From Longimicrobiales bacterium (GTDB lineage: Bacteria; Gemmatimonadota; Gemmatimonadetes; Longimicrobiales; Gaopeijiaceae): 64,000 bases of DNA. The notes under the pieces were generated by a model, which was given only the letters and a program-made list of their open reading frames with translations, was not told the origin of the DNA and searched no databases. Positions 9,356 to 19,725 of the stretch are shown here, one piece after another. How positions within the stretch are numbered: the stretch's first letter is position 1; each line of letters starts with the position of its first letter. Made by a program: the position numbers and the translations under genes. The stretch is from NCBI GenBank assembly GCA_041690395.1, contig JAWLHJ010000003.1, forward strand, positions 160,001-224,000. The letters run 5' to 3'.

Positions 9356-9856
9356 CTACTCCCCCGTCCGCCCCACCTCGTGCCCGCTCGTCTCCACGTC
9401 TGCCCTGCGCCCGGCCAGATACCCCACGCAGTACGCCCGCAGCGTCGCTTCGAAGCGGCTCATGTCGGGCGACGCGTGCAGGCCCGCCTCACCACGGCGG
9501 CGCAGCGCCTCGGCCAGCTTCATCACCGAGGTGGTGAGCGCCACCACGTGCGGATCACCGCCGGCCGCGAGCTCCTCGGGGGTGAGGTGCTCATCGTCGC
9601 CGATCCCGGTCGCGGTCCCCTGCTCCCCGTCGCCGTCCCGATCGGGGAACGGATCGTCCGGGGAAATGAACGAGAAATCTTCCGCCGACACTTCGTCCGG
9701 ATAGAAGAAGGCCTCGTGGCGCGACGCATCGCCCTGGTCCCCGGCCCCACCCTCGGCCCGGCCGGAGTCGGAGCTCGCGGACGAATGCCGACGTTTCCCG
9801 GGAGGAAACGCCGGTGGCGGCAGGCGGGTCGACTTGCGGTCCTGGTCCTCGGTCAT
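9356..9856 (-). CDS. Hypothetical protein (acidic disordered N-terminus, helical C-terminus)
   Basis: 166-aa ORF filling the gap, GGGAG SD upstream, same strand as neighbours. Confidence 0.65.
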   Translation of the reverse strand: MTEDQDRKSTRLPPPAFPPGKRRHSSASSDSGRAEGGAGDQGDASRHEAFFYPDEVSAEDFSFISPDDPFPDRDGDGEQGTATGIGDDEHLTPEELAAGGDPHVVALTTSVMKLAEALRRRGEAGLHASPDMSRFEATLRAYCVGYLAGRRADVETSGHEVGRTGE

Positions 9857-9908
9857 CTCGGCTCCCTGGGCTGGTCGCGTCCAACACGCAATATATGGCG
9901 CGGCGTGC

Positions 9909-10514
9909 TCACAGGACGAACTCGATGAGCAAGAAGCCGGCCACCACGAGAATGCCGAACGCCCATGCGAGCGCGTTGAAATACCGGTCGATGAAGCGCG
10001 CGATGGGCGGGCCGAACCGGTAGATCAGCGCGGCGAGCACGAAGAAGCGCAGGCCGCGGCTCAGCACCGACGCGACGACGAACACGAAGAAGTTGACCGA
10101 GAACACGCCTGCCGAGAGCGTGAACACCTTGTAAGGGATCGGTGTCAGGCCGGCGAGGAAGATGGCCCAGAAGTCGAAGCGGTCGTAGAGACCCTGAACC
10201 CGCAGGAACGCCTCCGGTGTCACCCCCGGGACGTACGCGAAGAACCAGCCCTCGGCGATGTGCCAGAAGCCGGCCCCCAGCGCATATCCGATGATCCCGC
10301 CGATGACCGACGCGAATGTGGCCACCGCCGCGAACCGGAACGACATGCCCGCGGCCCCGAGGCAGAGCGCGATCAGCAGCGGATCCGGAGGGATCGGGAA
10401 GAACGATGACTCCGCGAGCGCGAGCAGGAAGAGGGCGGTCGGCCCGTAGGGCGTCTGCGCCCAGTGCAGCACCCAGTCGTAGAGGCGCCGCACCACGTTC
10501 GGCTTGGTGTTCAC
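9909..10514 (-). CDS. YqaA/DedA (VTT) family membrane protein
   Basis: RRLYDWVL, AESSFFPIPPDPLL, AGLTPIPYKVFT..AG, SRGLRFF. Confidence 0.93.
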   Translation of the reverse strand: MNTKPNVVRRLYDWVLHWAQTPYGPTALFLLALAESSFFPIPPDPLLIALCLGAAGMSFRFAAVATFASVIGGIIGYALGAGFWHIAEGWFFAYVPGVTPEAFLRVQGLYDRFDFWAIFLAGLTPIPYKVFTLSAGVFSVNFFVFVVASVLSRGLRFFVLAALIYRFGPPIARFIDRYFNALAWAFGILVVAGFLLIEFVL

Positions 10515-11188
10515 TCGGCTCCCTCACCCTTCCACGCGAACCGTCCGAGGAGCGGGACGAACGAGCAGTCTCCACGCACGATCTCTTCGCTCACCTCGCC
10601 CCCTTCCCTCTTCACCATCACGAGATCCTGCGAATCACGCGAGCCCACCGGAACGAGCATCCGACCTCCGTCTGCGAGCTGGTCCACCAGGGTCGAAGGG
10701 ACCGAGGGCGCCGAGGCCGACACCACGATCACGTCGAACGGTTGGTACTTCCGCCACCCGATCGTGCCGTCGCCCACCAGGAGCGCGACGTTCTTCAGGT
10801 GCATGTCGTCGAGCGCCTTGCGCGCGCGCCGCGACAGGTCACGTACCCGTTCGACCGAGTAGACCCGGTCGGCCGAGAGGGCGAGCAGCGCCGTAAGATA
10901 TCCGCTCCCCGTCCCGATCTCGAGGACCTTGTCGTCCCGGGTCGGGCGTACGAGCGACAGGTAGTACGCCTGCAGCGAGGGCTGGGACGCGGTCTGTCCG
11001 AACCCGATGGGAATCGGCGCGTCCTCGTACGCCCGCGGCCAGACTCCTTCCGGGAGGAAGAGGTGCCGGGGCACGCGGTCGAAGATCTCGAGGATCTCGA
11101 GGTCGTCGATGCCCCGCTCCCGGATCTCCTCGATCAGCTTGCGCCGATACCCGACGAATCGGGTGTCGTCTAGAGACTCATGTCCCAA
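10511..11188 (-). CDS. pcm: Protein-L-isoaspartate O-methyltransferase
   Basis: VPRHLF, AYEDAPIPIGFGQTASQP, VLEIGTGSGY, GDGTIGW..QPFD.I, FVPLLG; probable TTG start at 11188 with GGAGG SD inside the surE end. Confidence 0.93.
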   Translation of the reverse strand: MGHESLDDTRFVGYRRKLIEEIRERGIDDLEILEIFDRVPRHLFLPEGVWPRAYEDAPIPIGFGQTASQPSLQAYYLSLVRPTRDDKVLEIGTGSGYLTALLALSADRVYSVERVRDLSRRARKALDDMHLKNVALLVGDGTIGWRKYQPFDVIVVSASAPSVPSTLVDQLADGGRMLVPVGSRDSQDLVMVKREGGEVSEEIVRGDCSFVPLLGRFAWKGEGAE

Positions 11189-11919
11189 GAACGGACCTCC
11201 TCGAGGAGCTTGTAGTTCGTCAGATCGAGGTGGAGCGGCGTGACCGACACGTATCCGTCCTCGACGGCCTGGAAGTCGGAGTCGCTCGAGCCGCGCCACT
11301 TCGCCACGCCGCCGCCGATCCAGAAGTACTCCTTGCCCTGCGGGTCCAGGGCGCGCGTGATGCTCTCCGAGTACCGGCGCCTCCCCAGGGATGTCACGCG
11401 GATCCCCTTCACGTCACCGGGCGCCCCGGACGGCAGGTTCACGTTGAACAGCGTGTCGTCCGGAAAGCTCCGCTTCCCGAGGATGTTCGACAGGATCACC
11501 GAGACGACGTCCTGCCACCCTTCGAGCTCCTCGTACTTGTCACCGGTGTACGAGATGGCGACCGAGGGAATGCCGATCACGGTCGCCTCCATGGCCGCCG
11601 CGACCGTCCCGGAGTAGAGCACGTCCTCGCCCATGTTCGGGCCGTGGTTGATGCCCGAGACGCAGAGGTCGGGCTTCCCGTCCAGGAGCTCGCTGACGGC
11701 GAGGATGACGCAGTCGGTCGGTGTCCCGTCGACGAACCATGCCCCGTCGGAGCTGCGCCGCGCGCGTAGGGGATGGTGGAGCGTGAGCGAGTGGCTGGTC
11801 GCGCTCTGCTCCCGGTCCGGGGCCACCACCGTCACCGATCCCAGCGAGCTGGCAGCCGAAGCCAACACGCGAATCCCGGTCGCGAGGTACCCGTCGTCGT
11901 TCGTACAGAGAATGTTCAT
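11170..11919 (-). CDS. surE: 5'/3'-nucleotidase SurE
   Basis: ILCTNDDG, VAPDREQSATSHSLT, GTPTDCV, SGINHGPNMGEDVLYSGTVAAAME, VSVTPL. Confidence 0.97.
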   Translation of the reverse strand: MNILCTNDDGYLATGIRVLASAASSLGSVTVVAPDREQSATSHSLTLHHPLRARRSSDGAWFVDGTPTDCVILAVSELLDGKPDLCVSGINHGPNMGEDVLYSGTVAAAMEATVIGIPSVAISYTGDKYEELEGWQDVVSVILSNILGKRSFPDDTLFNVNLPSGAPGDVKGIRVTSLGRRRYSESITRALDPQGKEYFWIGGGVAKWRGSSDSDFQAVEDGYVSVTPLHLDLTNYKLLEEVRSWDMSL

Positions 11920-11955
11920 GGCCTCGGGGTACCGGGAGGGCTCGGGCGGGTTCCG

Positions 11956-12330
11956 TCAGTCACGCTCGAGAGGCGTGCCGGGAGTCAGGACCTTGCGCAG
12001 CGTCTCCAGCTCGTCCTTGATGCCCGCGAGGAACTCCGGCGACACGAGCTCCTGACGCTCTTCCTTCAACGACCCCTCGGCACGAAGGTCGGTGAGGCGC
12101 TGCTTCGCGCCCTCGATCGTGTATTTCTCTTCGTAGAGGAGATGCTTCACCAGCAGGACGAGCTCGATCTCCTTCGCGCGATACACGCGGTTCCCGGCCC
12201 GATTCTTGGTCGGGTTCAGGACGTCGAACTGGGTCTCCCAGTAGCGGAGCACGTGCGGCTTCAGGTTGGTCAGGTCGCACACCTCGCCGATCGAGTAGTA
12301 GACCTTCTTCGCGATGGGCTCGTGGCTCAT
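11956..12330 (-). CDS. MerR family HTH regulator
   Basis: YYSIGEV...LKPHVLRYWETQF..L.P.KNRAGNRVY...LLYEEKYTIEGAK. Confidence 0.92.
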   Translation of the reverse strand: MSHEPIAKKVYYSIGEVCDLTNLKPHVLRYWETQFDVLNPTKNRAGNRVYRAKEIELVLLVKHLLYEEKYTIEGAKQRLTDLRAEGSLKEERQELVSPEFLAGIKDELETLRKVLTPGTPLERD

Positions 12331-13343
12331 GACCAGTCCTCCGGTTTGGGGTCGCGCTCCATCAGCGAAGCGAGCGCCTCAGCGGGGTCCCGTCCCCGGT
12401 GCACGATGGCGTACACCTCCTCGGTGATGGGCATCTCCACGTCGTGCTGCGCGGCCAGCGCCCGGACCGCTTCCGAGTTCCGCACGCCTTCCGCCACGGA
12501 GCTCATGTCGGCGAGAATGTCGTCGAGGGCTTCGCCCTGCCCCAGTCGATATCCGACGGTGCGGTTCCGGCTCAGCGAGCCCGTACACGTCAGGACGAGA
12601 TCGCCCATCCCGGCGAGGCCGTAGAACGTCTCGCGCCGGGCCCCGAGCGCGACTCCGAGACGCGTGATCTCCGCCAAGCCCCGGGTGATGAGGGCCGCCG
12701 TGGTATTGTGCCCGAAGCCGAGTCCGGCGGCCACCCCGGACGCGAGGGCGATCACGTTCTTCACGGCGCCGGCGAGCTCGACGCCCGTGACGTCGGTGTT
12801 CGTGTACACCCGGAAGTACCGCGTCTGGAAGACGTCCCGCACCGCGGTCGCCACCTCGACCGACCGACCGGCGACCACGACGGCTGTGGGCATCTCGGCG
12901 GCGACCTCGTCGGCGAAGCTGGGTCCGGACAGCACGGCGAACCGCTCCATCAGCCGTCCGGGCAGGACGTCGGTCAGCACCTCGTCCATCCGCTTCAGCG
13001 ACCCGAGCTCGATTCCTTTGGAGGCGCTGACGATGAGCGCGTCCTGCGGGATCGTGGGGCCCGCGCGCTCCATGACCTCCCGCACGAACTGCGATGGGGT
13101 GACGGAGAGCACGAGCTCGGCCTCACGCACCGCCGCGGGAAGATCCGCGACCACTCTCAGCCCGCTCGGGATGTCGACGCCGGGGAGATAGGAGCTCCGG
13201 CCCTCCCGCGCCACCCGGGCGGCGACGTCGGCGTCATGGGACCACAGGGTCACCTCGTGTCCCTTGCGTGCCAGGAGGACGCCGAGCGCCGTTCCCCAGG
13301 CCCCGGCGCCGACCACACCGACCCTGGCACCCCCGCCGATCAC
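12327..13343 (-). CDS. gpsA: NAD(P)H-dependent glycerol-3-phosphate dehydrogenase
   Basis: GAGAWGTAL, SKGIE, LSGPSFA.EV, GAVKNVIA, GLAGMGDLVLTCTGSLSRN; GTG start overlapping plsY stop. Confidence 0.96.
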   Translation of the reverse strand: MIGGGARVGVVGAGAWGTALGVLLARKGHEVTLWSHDADVAARVAREGRSSYLPGVDIPSGLRVVADLPAAVREAELVLSVTPSQFVREVMERAGPTIPQDALIVSASKGIELGSLKRMDEVLTDVLPGRLMERFAVLSGPSFADEVAAEMPTAVVVAGRSVEVATAVRDVFQTRYFRVYTNTDVTGVELAGAVKNVIALASGVAAGLGFGHNTTAALITRGLAEITRLGVALGARRETFYGLAGMGDLVLTCTGSLSRNRTVGYRLGQGEALDDILADMSSVAEGVRNSEAVRALAAQHDVEMPITEEVYAIVHRGRDPAEALASLMERDPKPEDWS

Positions 13344-13954
13344 GATGCCCCCGCGCTGCCGGACCGTCGTCCGAAGCGGTTCTCCTCGCCGCGCGCCAGA
13401 CGGCCGATGTTGGCGCGGTGCGCCCAGACCACGAAAGCGGCCAGCGTGAACGCGAAGACGGTGAGCGCCGACCCGCCGCGGTGCGGCGTGAGCAGCACGA
13501 GCACGGGGAGCACGACGGCGGCCCCGATGGAGCCCAGGGAGACGTATCCCGATCCGAAGGTCAGCGCCGTCCATACAAGGAACGCTCCAAGTACCGCCCA
13601 CGGCGCGAGCGCGAGGAAGACCCCGGCGCTCGTCGCCACCCCCTTCCCTCCTCTGAAGCCGACCCAGAAGCTGAAGATGTGCCCCGCGATCGCGGCGGCC
13701 CCGAAGGCCAGCGTCCAGAGCAGGCTGGCGTCCAACACCGCCGCGAAGACGCCGACTGGAATCCATCCCTTCACCACGTCGACGAGCACGACCGGGACGG
13801 CAGCCTTCCAGCCCAGCACGCGGTAGACGTTGGTGGCCCCCAGATTTCCCGATCCCTTCTCCCGTAGATCCACGCCGTAGACCCCCCGCCCGATCCAGAA
13901 GCTGGTCGGGGTGGCGCCGACGACGTAGGAGAGGGCCAGGAAGAGGAAGGTCAC
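13340..13954 (-). CDS. plsY: Glycerol-3-phosphate acyltransferase PlsY
   Basis: DLREKGSGNLGATNVYRVLG, DVVKG, GHIFS...FRGGKGVAT, HRANIGRL..GEE; GTG start overlapping der stop. Confidence 0.96.
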   Translation of the reverse strand: MTFLFLALSYVVGATPTSFWIGRGVYGVDLREKGSGNLGATNVYRVLGWKAAVPVVLVDVVKGWIPVGVFAAVLDASLLWTLAFGAAAIAGHIFSFWVGFRGGKGVATSAGVFLALAPWAVLGAFLVWTALTFGSGYVSLGSIGAAVVLPVLVLLTPHRGGSALTVFAFTLAAFVVWAHRANIGRLARGEENRFGRRSGSAGAS

Positions 13955-15282
13955 GAAGGTTCCTTGCTGCTGCGCATCTTCAGGCGGATGGGCGTGCCCA
14001 TGAACGACCAGGCGTCCCGGAAGCCGTTGTGCAGATAGCGAACGTAGTGGGCCGGGATCGACTTCGGAAAGTTCGAGAAGAGCGCAAACGTCGGCGGCTT
14101 CACGTCGACCTGGGTCCCGTACTTGATCTTCACCGCGCGGCCCCGATGATGCGGTGGCGGCTGCCGTCCCACCAGGCGCTCGAGCACCTCGTTGACCTCG
14201 TGCGTCTCGATGCGCCGGAACCGCTCTTCCTGGACCTCGAGGATGAGGTCCAGGCACTTCCGCACCCGCTGCCCCGTGAGCGCCGAGATGAAGACGATGG
14301 GCACCCAGTTCAGGAACGGTACGCGAGCCCTCGCCGCGCGGGTCCACTCCACCGCCGTCTGGGTCTCCTTCTCCACCAGATCCCACTTGTTGGCGAGCAC
14401 GATGACCGCCTTGCCCGCATCCCACGCCGTCTGGATGATCCGGATGTCCTGGGCGTGGATCTCCTCCTCGCTCGCGTCCACCAGCACGACACAGACGTCC
14501 GAGTCGAGCACCACGCGCTCGGTACGGAGCGCGCTGTAGTACTCCAGGCTGTCGCTGATGCGCGCCTGTCGCCGGAGCCCCGCGGTGTCGACCAGGACGA
14601 GCGAGCGGCCGTGATACTGGAGCAGCGTGTCGACCGGATCGCGGGTCGTGCCCGCCACCTCGGACACGACCACGCGGTCCTGTTGCAGCAGTCGGTTGAC
14701 GAAGCTCGACTTCCCGACGTTCGGCTTGCCGACCACCGCCACGCGGATCTCGTCGGGCGACTCCGACCGCTCCGGCGCACCCGGGAGGGCCTCGAGAAGT
14801 CGGTCGAGCAGATCACCGGAACCCTTTCCTGAAATGGCGCTTACGGGAAGTGGCTCACCGATGCCCAGAGTCCAGAAGTCCAGGTACCGGTTATCGTGCG
14901 GCAGGTTGTCGACCTTGTTCACGGCGAGCACGACCGGCTTGTCGGCCTTGCGGAGCACCGCGGCGAGTCGCTCGTCGAGCGCCGAGATCCCTTCCTTCCC
15001 GTCGACCAGGAACAGGATGGCGTCGGCCTCCTCGATCGCCGCCATCGCCTGACCGCGGATGGCCCGGTCCATCTCGTCGTCACTTCCCTCGACCACACCC
15101 CCGGTGTCGACGACGAAGAAGTGGCGTCCGGCCCAATCCGCGCGCGCGAAGTTGCGGTCGCGAGTCACGCCCGGGCGGTCGTCCACGATGGCCTGGCGGC
15201 GACCGAGGACCCGATTGAAGAAGGTCGATTTCCCGACATTCGGGCGGCCGACGACCGCCACCACCGGCAAGCGCGCGCTCAC
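13951..15282 (-). CDS. der: Ribosome biogenesis GTPase Der (EngA)
   Basis: Two G domains (GRPNVGKS, GKPNVGKS; DTGG/DTAG; NKVD/NKWD) and a KH-like C-terminus. Confidence 0.97.
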   Translation of the reverse strand: MSARLPVVAVVGRPNVGKSTFFNRVLGRRQAIVDDRPGVTRDRNFARADWAGRHFFVVDTGGVVEGSDDEMDRAIRGQAMAAIEEADAILFLVDGKEGISALDERLAAVLRKADKPVVLAVNKVDNLPHDNRYLDFWTLGIGEPLPVSAISGKGSGDLLDRLLEALPGAPERSESPDEIRVAVVGKPNVGKSSFVNRLLQQDRVVVSEVAGTTRDPVDTLLQYHGRSLVLVDTAGLRRQARISDSLEYYSALRTERVVLDSDVCVVLVDASEEEIHAQDIRIIQTAWDAGKAVIVLANKWDLVEKETQTAVEWTRAARARVPFLNWVPIVFISALTGQRVRKCLDLILEVQEERFRRIETHEVNEVLERLVGRQPPPHHRGRAVKIKYGTQVDVKPPTFALFSNFPKSIPAHYVRYLHNGFRDAWSFMGTPIRLKMRSSKEPS

Positions 15283-16550
15283 GCGTGTGCCAGCGCGTCG
15301 ATCAGATCATGCCCGGTCCGGATCTCTGCCCCGCCGAGGGCCGCGCGGAAATCCTTCATGGTCAGGTCGTCGATGAAGGCGTCGTCCTGATTCAGGGCTT
15401 CCGCCGGCAGGACCACGACGTCGTTCGGAGACGAGGGTCCGAGGGCGGCCAGGATGTCACGCCCACCGAGGAGCCCGGCGATGGTCACCGTTTCCCCGAA
15501 ATAGTCGTTCCGGACCGTGACGACCTCGACGTCCGCCCCCGTGATCCGCCCGAGTCGGGGCGCGCGCTCGGTCAGGAACGGGGTCATGGAGCGCCCCGTC
15601 ACCAGGCGGATCCGGCTTCCATCCATGCGAGGAATCCGGTCGGCCTCGTCGTCGAACAGGTCGATGAACCTGCGGACCGCCCCCACGCCGTTCTCGTAGA
15701 GCGCGCCGTCGTCGTAGTACACGGTCCCCGGCAGCTCGCGCCCGGCGATCAGGTACATCTCGTCGGCCGCGTAGCACCACCCCTCGGAGCGGTCGGCGAG
15801 CGCCCGTTGGCGGGCACGGTCGACCTGGTCGATCGCGCGCCCGGCCTCGTCCTCCATGAGCAAGCGCACCGGACGCCCGAGGTTGTACTTCGTGAGCCCC
15901 ACGGGCACGACCGAGAGCGACCGGATGGCCGGCCCGAGCGCCCAGAGATCCTCGATGGTGCGATCGAGCGCGTCGCCGTCGTTCCACTCGGGGCACAGGA
16001 CGATCTGGGTGTGCACGTCGAGCCCGCCGTCGATCAGGAACCGGAGCTGGTCCATGATGAGACCGGCCCGCTCGTTCACCAGCAGCTTCACCCGAAGCTC
16101 GGGATCGGTGGTGTGCACGCTGACGTACAGCGGGGAGAGCCGCTGATCGACCAGGCGCTGGAGTCCCTTGGGCCCGAGGTTGGTCAGCGTCACGTAGCTG
16201 CCGTAGGTGAACGACAGCCGGAAGTCGTCGTCCCTCAGCCAGAGCGTCTGACGCGCGCCCTCCGGATTCCCGTCGATGAAGCAGAATACGCACTTGTTGG
16301 CGCATTCCCGGATCGTGTCGGGAGCCGGCTGGATACCTACGGGGGTGCCCGGGTCGCGCTCGATCTCGTAGACGACGGTCTCGCCCCCGGGGCTCAGCGT
16401 CTCGAGCTCGAGCTCGGTGTCGGCGAGAAGAAACGTCAGATCGATACCGTCGCGCACGCGGGAGCCGTTGATCCGGACCACACGGGTCCCGATCTCGAGG
16501 CTGAGCTCCTCGGCGATGCTGCCCGACTCGATCTCGGCAATACGAACCAC
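15279..16550 (-). CDS. DUF512 family PDZ plus radical-SAM-like protein
   Basis: N-terminal PDZ-like segment, CANKCVFC (CxxxCxxC), DDDFRLSFTYGSYVTLTN, VVPVGLT, ENGVG. Confidence 0.9.
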   Translation of the reverse strand: MVRIAEIESGSIAEELSLEIGTRVVRINGSRVRDGIDLTFLLADTELELETLSPGGETVVYEIERDPGTPVGIQPAPDTIRECANKCVFCFIDGNPEGARQTLWLRDDDFRLSFTYGSYVTLTNLGPKGLQRLVDQRLSPLYVSVHTTDPELRVKLLVNERAGLIMDQLRFLIDGGLDVHTQIVLCPEWNDGDALDRTIEDLWALGPAIRSLSVVPVGLTKYNLGRPVRLLMEDEAGRAIDQVDRARQRALADRSEGWCYAADEMYLIAGRELPGTVYYDDGALYENGVGAVRRFIDLFDDEADRIPRMDGSRIRLVTGRSMTPFLTERAPRLGRITGADVEVVTVRNDYFGETVTIAGLLGGRDILAALGPSSPNDVVVLPAEALNQDDAFIDDLTMKDFRAALGGAEIRTGHDLIDALAHA

Positions 16551-16589
16551 TTGGGGTGCCTGGGCCTGCGGGGGATGGAGAGACCAGGA

Positions 16590-16618
16590 AAGTTAACGGC
16601 CGCCACCCCAGCCTTCAA
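16590..16618 (-). promoter_or_regulatory. sigma70-type promoter for the DUF512-der operon
   Basis: Minus strand TTGAAG-N17-TAACTT about 40 nt upstream of the start. Confidence 0.6.
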
Positions 16619-16747
16619 TTCACCGGCGGGTCTGGCTTCCATTGACCCCGGCCTCCTGTGGAGCGCAGCTTTCCAGTCGGGAACCTTTTCGCCGAAGCCG
16701 ACTTGTAGAGGCGTATCGCCGTCACCTCCGGAAGGCTGGAACATCTC

Positions 16748-18115
16748 TTGAGAAAGACGTTTTCCCAGGATATCGCACGGTTCCGGACGGCCGTGGCCGT
16801 CCTCGCGCTCTCCGCCATCGCGGCATGCGAGCAGGTCGAACAGGTCCAGGACCATTTTCGGGACCTGACCCCGCACGAAGCCTATCTGGAGTCGCTCAGG
16901 CAGGCGGGGCTGGACGGAACCGCGTTGGCCGTCGCCTGGCAGGAGGCTGCCGCGCAGGCCATCGCGGCCCCGGTCGAGGTCTCGCTCCCCTTCGAGGAGC
17001 GCGGCTACATCTCCCCGGAGGATCCCGGCGCGATGGGGTACCGCGTCTCGGTTCCCCGAGGTCGAAGGTTGACCGCGGAGGTCACGCTCGACACCGAGGA
17101 CGGCACCCGGGTGTTCGTCGACCTCTTTCGCGTGCCCACCGACGACGAGGACCCGGTGAGACCGCTGATCTCCACCGACTCCGTGCCGGGCACCTTCGTG
17201 CACGAGCCATGGAGGGGTGGTGAGTTCCTGCTCAGGCTCCAGCCCGAGCTCCTGCGGGGTGGCCAGTACACCGTGACGCTGCGCCTCGAGGCACAGCTGG
17301 CGTTCCCGGTGGAGGGACACGGCGTCCGCGCGGTCCAGAGCCGCTTCGGCGTGCCTCGCGATGGCGGCCGGCGAAGCCATCACGGCGTCGACATCTTCGC
17401 ACCCCGCGGCACACCGGTGCTCGCGTCGGCCGAAGGGGTGGTCAATCGAGTCCAGAACACGAATATCGGCGGCAAGGTGGTCTGGCTCCGCGATCCGGTT
17501 CGTAACGCCAACCTCTACTACGCCCACCTCGACAGCCAGTACGTCCGTTCGGGGCAGCGGGTCCGGCCCGGCGACACCATCGGGTTCGTGGGCAACACGG
17601 GCAACGCGCGCACCACGCCGCCCCATCTTCACTTCGGTGTGTACCGACGCGGCGAAGGGCCCGTCGATCCCTTCCCGTTCCTCGATCCTCCGCCGACCGA
17701 CATCCCCGAGCTGACCGCCGACGTGTCCCGCCTCGGGACGTGGGTCCGCCTTCAGAACGGCGGCATCCGCCTACGCTCCGATCCTGGGCTCGGAGGAGCG
17801 ATCCTCGACGAGCTCGAGCAGTACACGCCCGTGCGCGTCCTCGGCGGCTCCGGAGCCTACTTCCGGGTCCGGCTGCCGGACGGCGCCCAGGGGTATGTCG
17901 CGGCCCGGCTGACCGAACCCCTCGACGAACCGCTCACGGCCGAAGCGTCGACCTCGTCGCGTGCCGTGCGCACCGCTCCCGGTGAGGACGCGCCGATCAT
18001 CGGCACGTTGGGACCCGGTGACGAGATGACGGTGCTCGGCCGGTATGGTCAGTACCTCTACGTTCGCGCGCCGACCGGGCGGGGCGGTTGGGTCGGGGTG
18101 GACGTCGACGGGTGA
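16748..18115 (+). CDS. M23 family metallopeptidase lipoprotein with C-terminal SH3-like domains
   Basis: Lipobox-like [33 protein letters not shown]; two SH3b-like repeats at the C-terminus. Confidence 0.9.
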   Translation: MRKTFSQDIARFRTAVAVLALSAIAACEQVEQVQDHFRDLTPHEAYLESLRQAGLDGTALAVAWQEAAAQAIAAPVEVSLPFEERGYISPEDPGAMGYRVSVPRGRRLTAEVTLDTEDGTRVFVDLFRVPTDDEDPVRPLISTDSVPGTFVHEPWRGGEFLLRLQPELLRGGQYTVTLRLEAQLAFPVEGHGVRAVQSRFGVPRDGGRRSHHGVDIFAPRGTPVLASAEGVVNRVQNTNIGGKVVWLRDPVRNANLYYAHLDSQYVRSGQRVRPGDTIGFVGNTGNARTTPPHLHFGVYRRGEGPVDPFPFLDPPPTDIPELTADVSRLGTWVRLQNGGIRLRSDPGLGGAILDELEQYTPVRVLGGSGAYFRVRLPDGAQGYVAARLTEPLDEPLTAEASTSSRAVRTAPGEDAPIIGTLGPGDEMTVLGRYGQYLYVRAPTGRGGWVGVDVDG

Positions 18116-18149
18116 CGCACACGGCTCCGCTGTCGTCGGACGCCGGAAC

Positions 18150-19562
18150 GTGAGGGGCGCACGTTCCCGGCTCCTGGTTCTGGTGCCGGAAGGTGCTGAC
18201 AGGTCCGCCTTCACCGCGCTTGGCGATGTCGGCATCGACGTCGTCGTCCTGCACGGGCTTTCTCCCTATCTGAAGCGGCTGTCGGACGAGGATTGGCTCG
18301 GAACGCTGATCTCGCTCTCCGCCGACAACGTCGACGAACGGGTCGTGGAACGGGTCGCTCGCACACCCGGGTGTGGCGCGCTGCTTCTCTCCGCTCCTGG
18401 CGCTTCGCTCGACCGCGCGCTGCTGGCCGAGCGCGTCGGCGCAGTGGGCCTCGTCCGCGAGCCCTTCCAGGTCGCGGACCTGACCGAGCGCGCCTCGCTG
18501 CTTCTGGACGAGGGGGACGAGATCCCCCTCCCCATCCAACCCGGTCCCGGGGGAGGGTCCGAGTCCGACGGCGCGGCTTCCGCGGATCCGATCGTCGGGG
18601 AGGGTCCGGCCATGGCCCACGTGTTCGAGCGGATCGCCCGGGTGGCCCGGTCCGACAGCACGGTCCTGCTCACCGGCGAGTCAGGTACCGGAAAAGAGCT
18701 CGTGGCCCGCGCCCTCCATGCCGCTGGGCCTCGGGCACGAGGCCCCTTCGTCGCGGTGAACTGCGCGGCGATCCCGGAACAGCTGCTCGAGTCCGAGCTG
18801 TTCGGCCACCAGAAGGGGGCCTTCACCGGAGCGGTAGCGACGCGCTCGGGCCGCTTCGAGCGCGCCGACGGAGGCACGCTCCTGCTCGACGAGGTGGGCG
18901 ACATGAGCCCGGTCCTCCAGGCCAAGCTCCTACGGGCCCTGGAGGAGCGCACGGTCGAGCCGGTCGGGGGCGACGCCCCCCGCCCCATCGACGTTCGCGT
19001 CGTCGCCGCCACGCACCGGGACCTGCGGGACAGGATCCTCGACGGGTCGTTCCGAGAGGACCTCTACTACCGGCTCGCGGTCGTGGACATCCACCTTCCT
19101 CCGCTCCGTGAGCGCGGACCGGACGTGCGCGCGCTCGCGCTCCACTTCGCCGCCCGCTTCGCGCGACGGCACGGGAGTGAGGTCTCGGCGATCACCGAGA
19201 GAGCGCTCGAGCGCCTCGAGACCCACGCGTGGCCCGGGAACGTGCGGGAGCTCCGGAACGTGATGGACCGCGCCGTGCTCCTGGCCTCCGGCACCGTCCT
19301 GCGCTCGGGGCACCTACGGGTGGGCGAGGCGTCTCCACGCGCCACCTCCCGTCCCACGGCGCCAGGCCCCGTCGGATATCCGCCGGAGCTCTCGCTCGCG
19401 GAAGTCGAGGCACACCACATCGAGCGCGTGCTTGCTTCCACCCAGAGCCATATCGGTCGCGCCGCCGACATCCTCGGCATCCACCGCAACACGCTGACGC
19501 GGAAGGTGCGGGAGTACGGGATCGCCGTCGACGACGACACCGAATCCGATGGCCCGCCCTAG
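18150..19562 (+). CDS. sigma54-dependent enhancer-binding protein (degenerate receiver, AAA+, Fis-type HTH)
   Basis: [63 protein letters not shown]; start approximate. Confidence 0.93.
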   Translation: MRGARSRLLVLVPEGADRSAFTALGDVGIDVVVLHGLSPYLKRLSDEDWLGTLISLSADNVDERVVERVARTPGCGALLLSAPGASLDRALLAERVGAVGLVREPFQVADLTERASLLLDEGDEIPLPIQPGPGGGSESDGAASADPIVGEGPAMAHVFERIARVARSDSTVLLTGESGTGKELVARALHAAGPRARGPFVAVNCAAIPEQLLESELFGHQKGAFTGAVATRSGRFERADGGTLLLDEVGDMSPVLQAKLLRALEERTVEPVGGDAPRPIDVRVVAATHRDLRDRILDGSFREDLYYRLAVVDIHLPPLRERGPDVRALALHFAARFARRHGSEVSAITERALERLETHAWPGNVRELRNVMDRAVLLASGTVLRSGHLRVGEASPRATSRPTAPGPVGYPPELSLAEVEAHHIERVLASTQSHIGRAADILGIHRNTLTRKVREYGIAVDDDTESDGPP

Positions 19563-19600
19563 CCGCCCGTCGGGCCCGGGGCCCTGGAATCGCGCGCTGC

Positions 19601-19617
19601 TGCACCAGAACGGTGCA
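19601..19617. promoter_or_regulatory. NtrC-like upstream activating sequence
   Basis: Perfect palindrome TGCACC-AGAAC-GGTGCA, matching the NtrC-type TGCACC-N5-GGTGCA pattern, just downstream of the activator gene. Confidence 0.6.
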
Positions 19618-19725
19618 CCGCCCGGACCGGGTGCGCGCGCCGTCATTCACGCATCACTTCATACTACAGAGTCTTTCTGCAATCGCCTCATTGCCTTAGG
19701 GCTGCGCACCCCGACGCTCGCGCTC

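Noticed and set aside
16680..16708. ECF sigma promoter GGAACC-N16-CTTGTA before the M23 gene
   Set aside because: The -10 element is a poor match; not supportable without a regulon comparison
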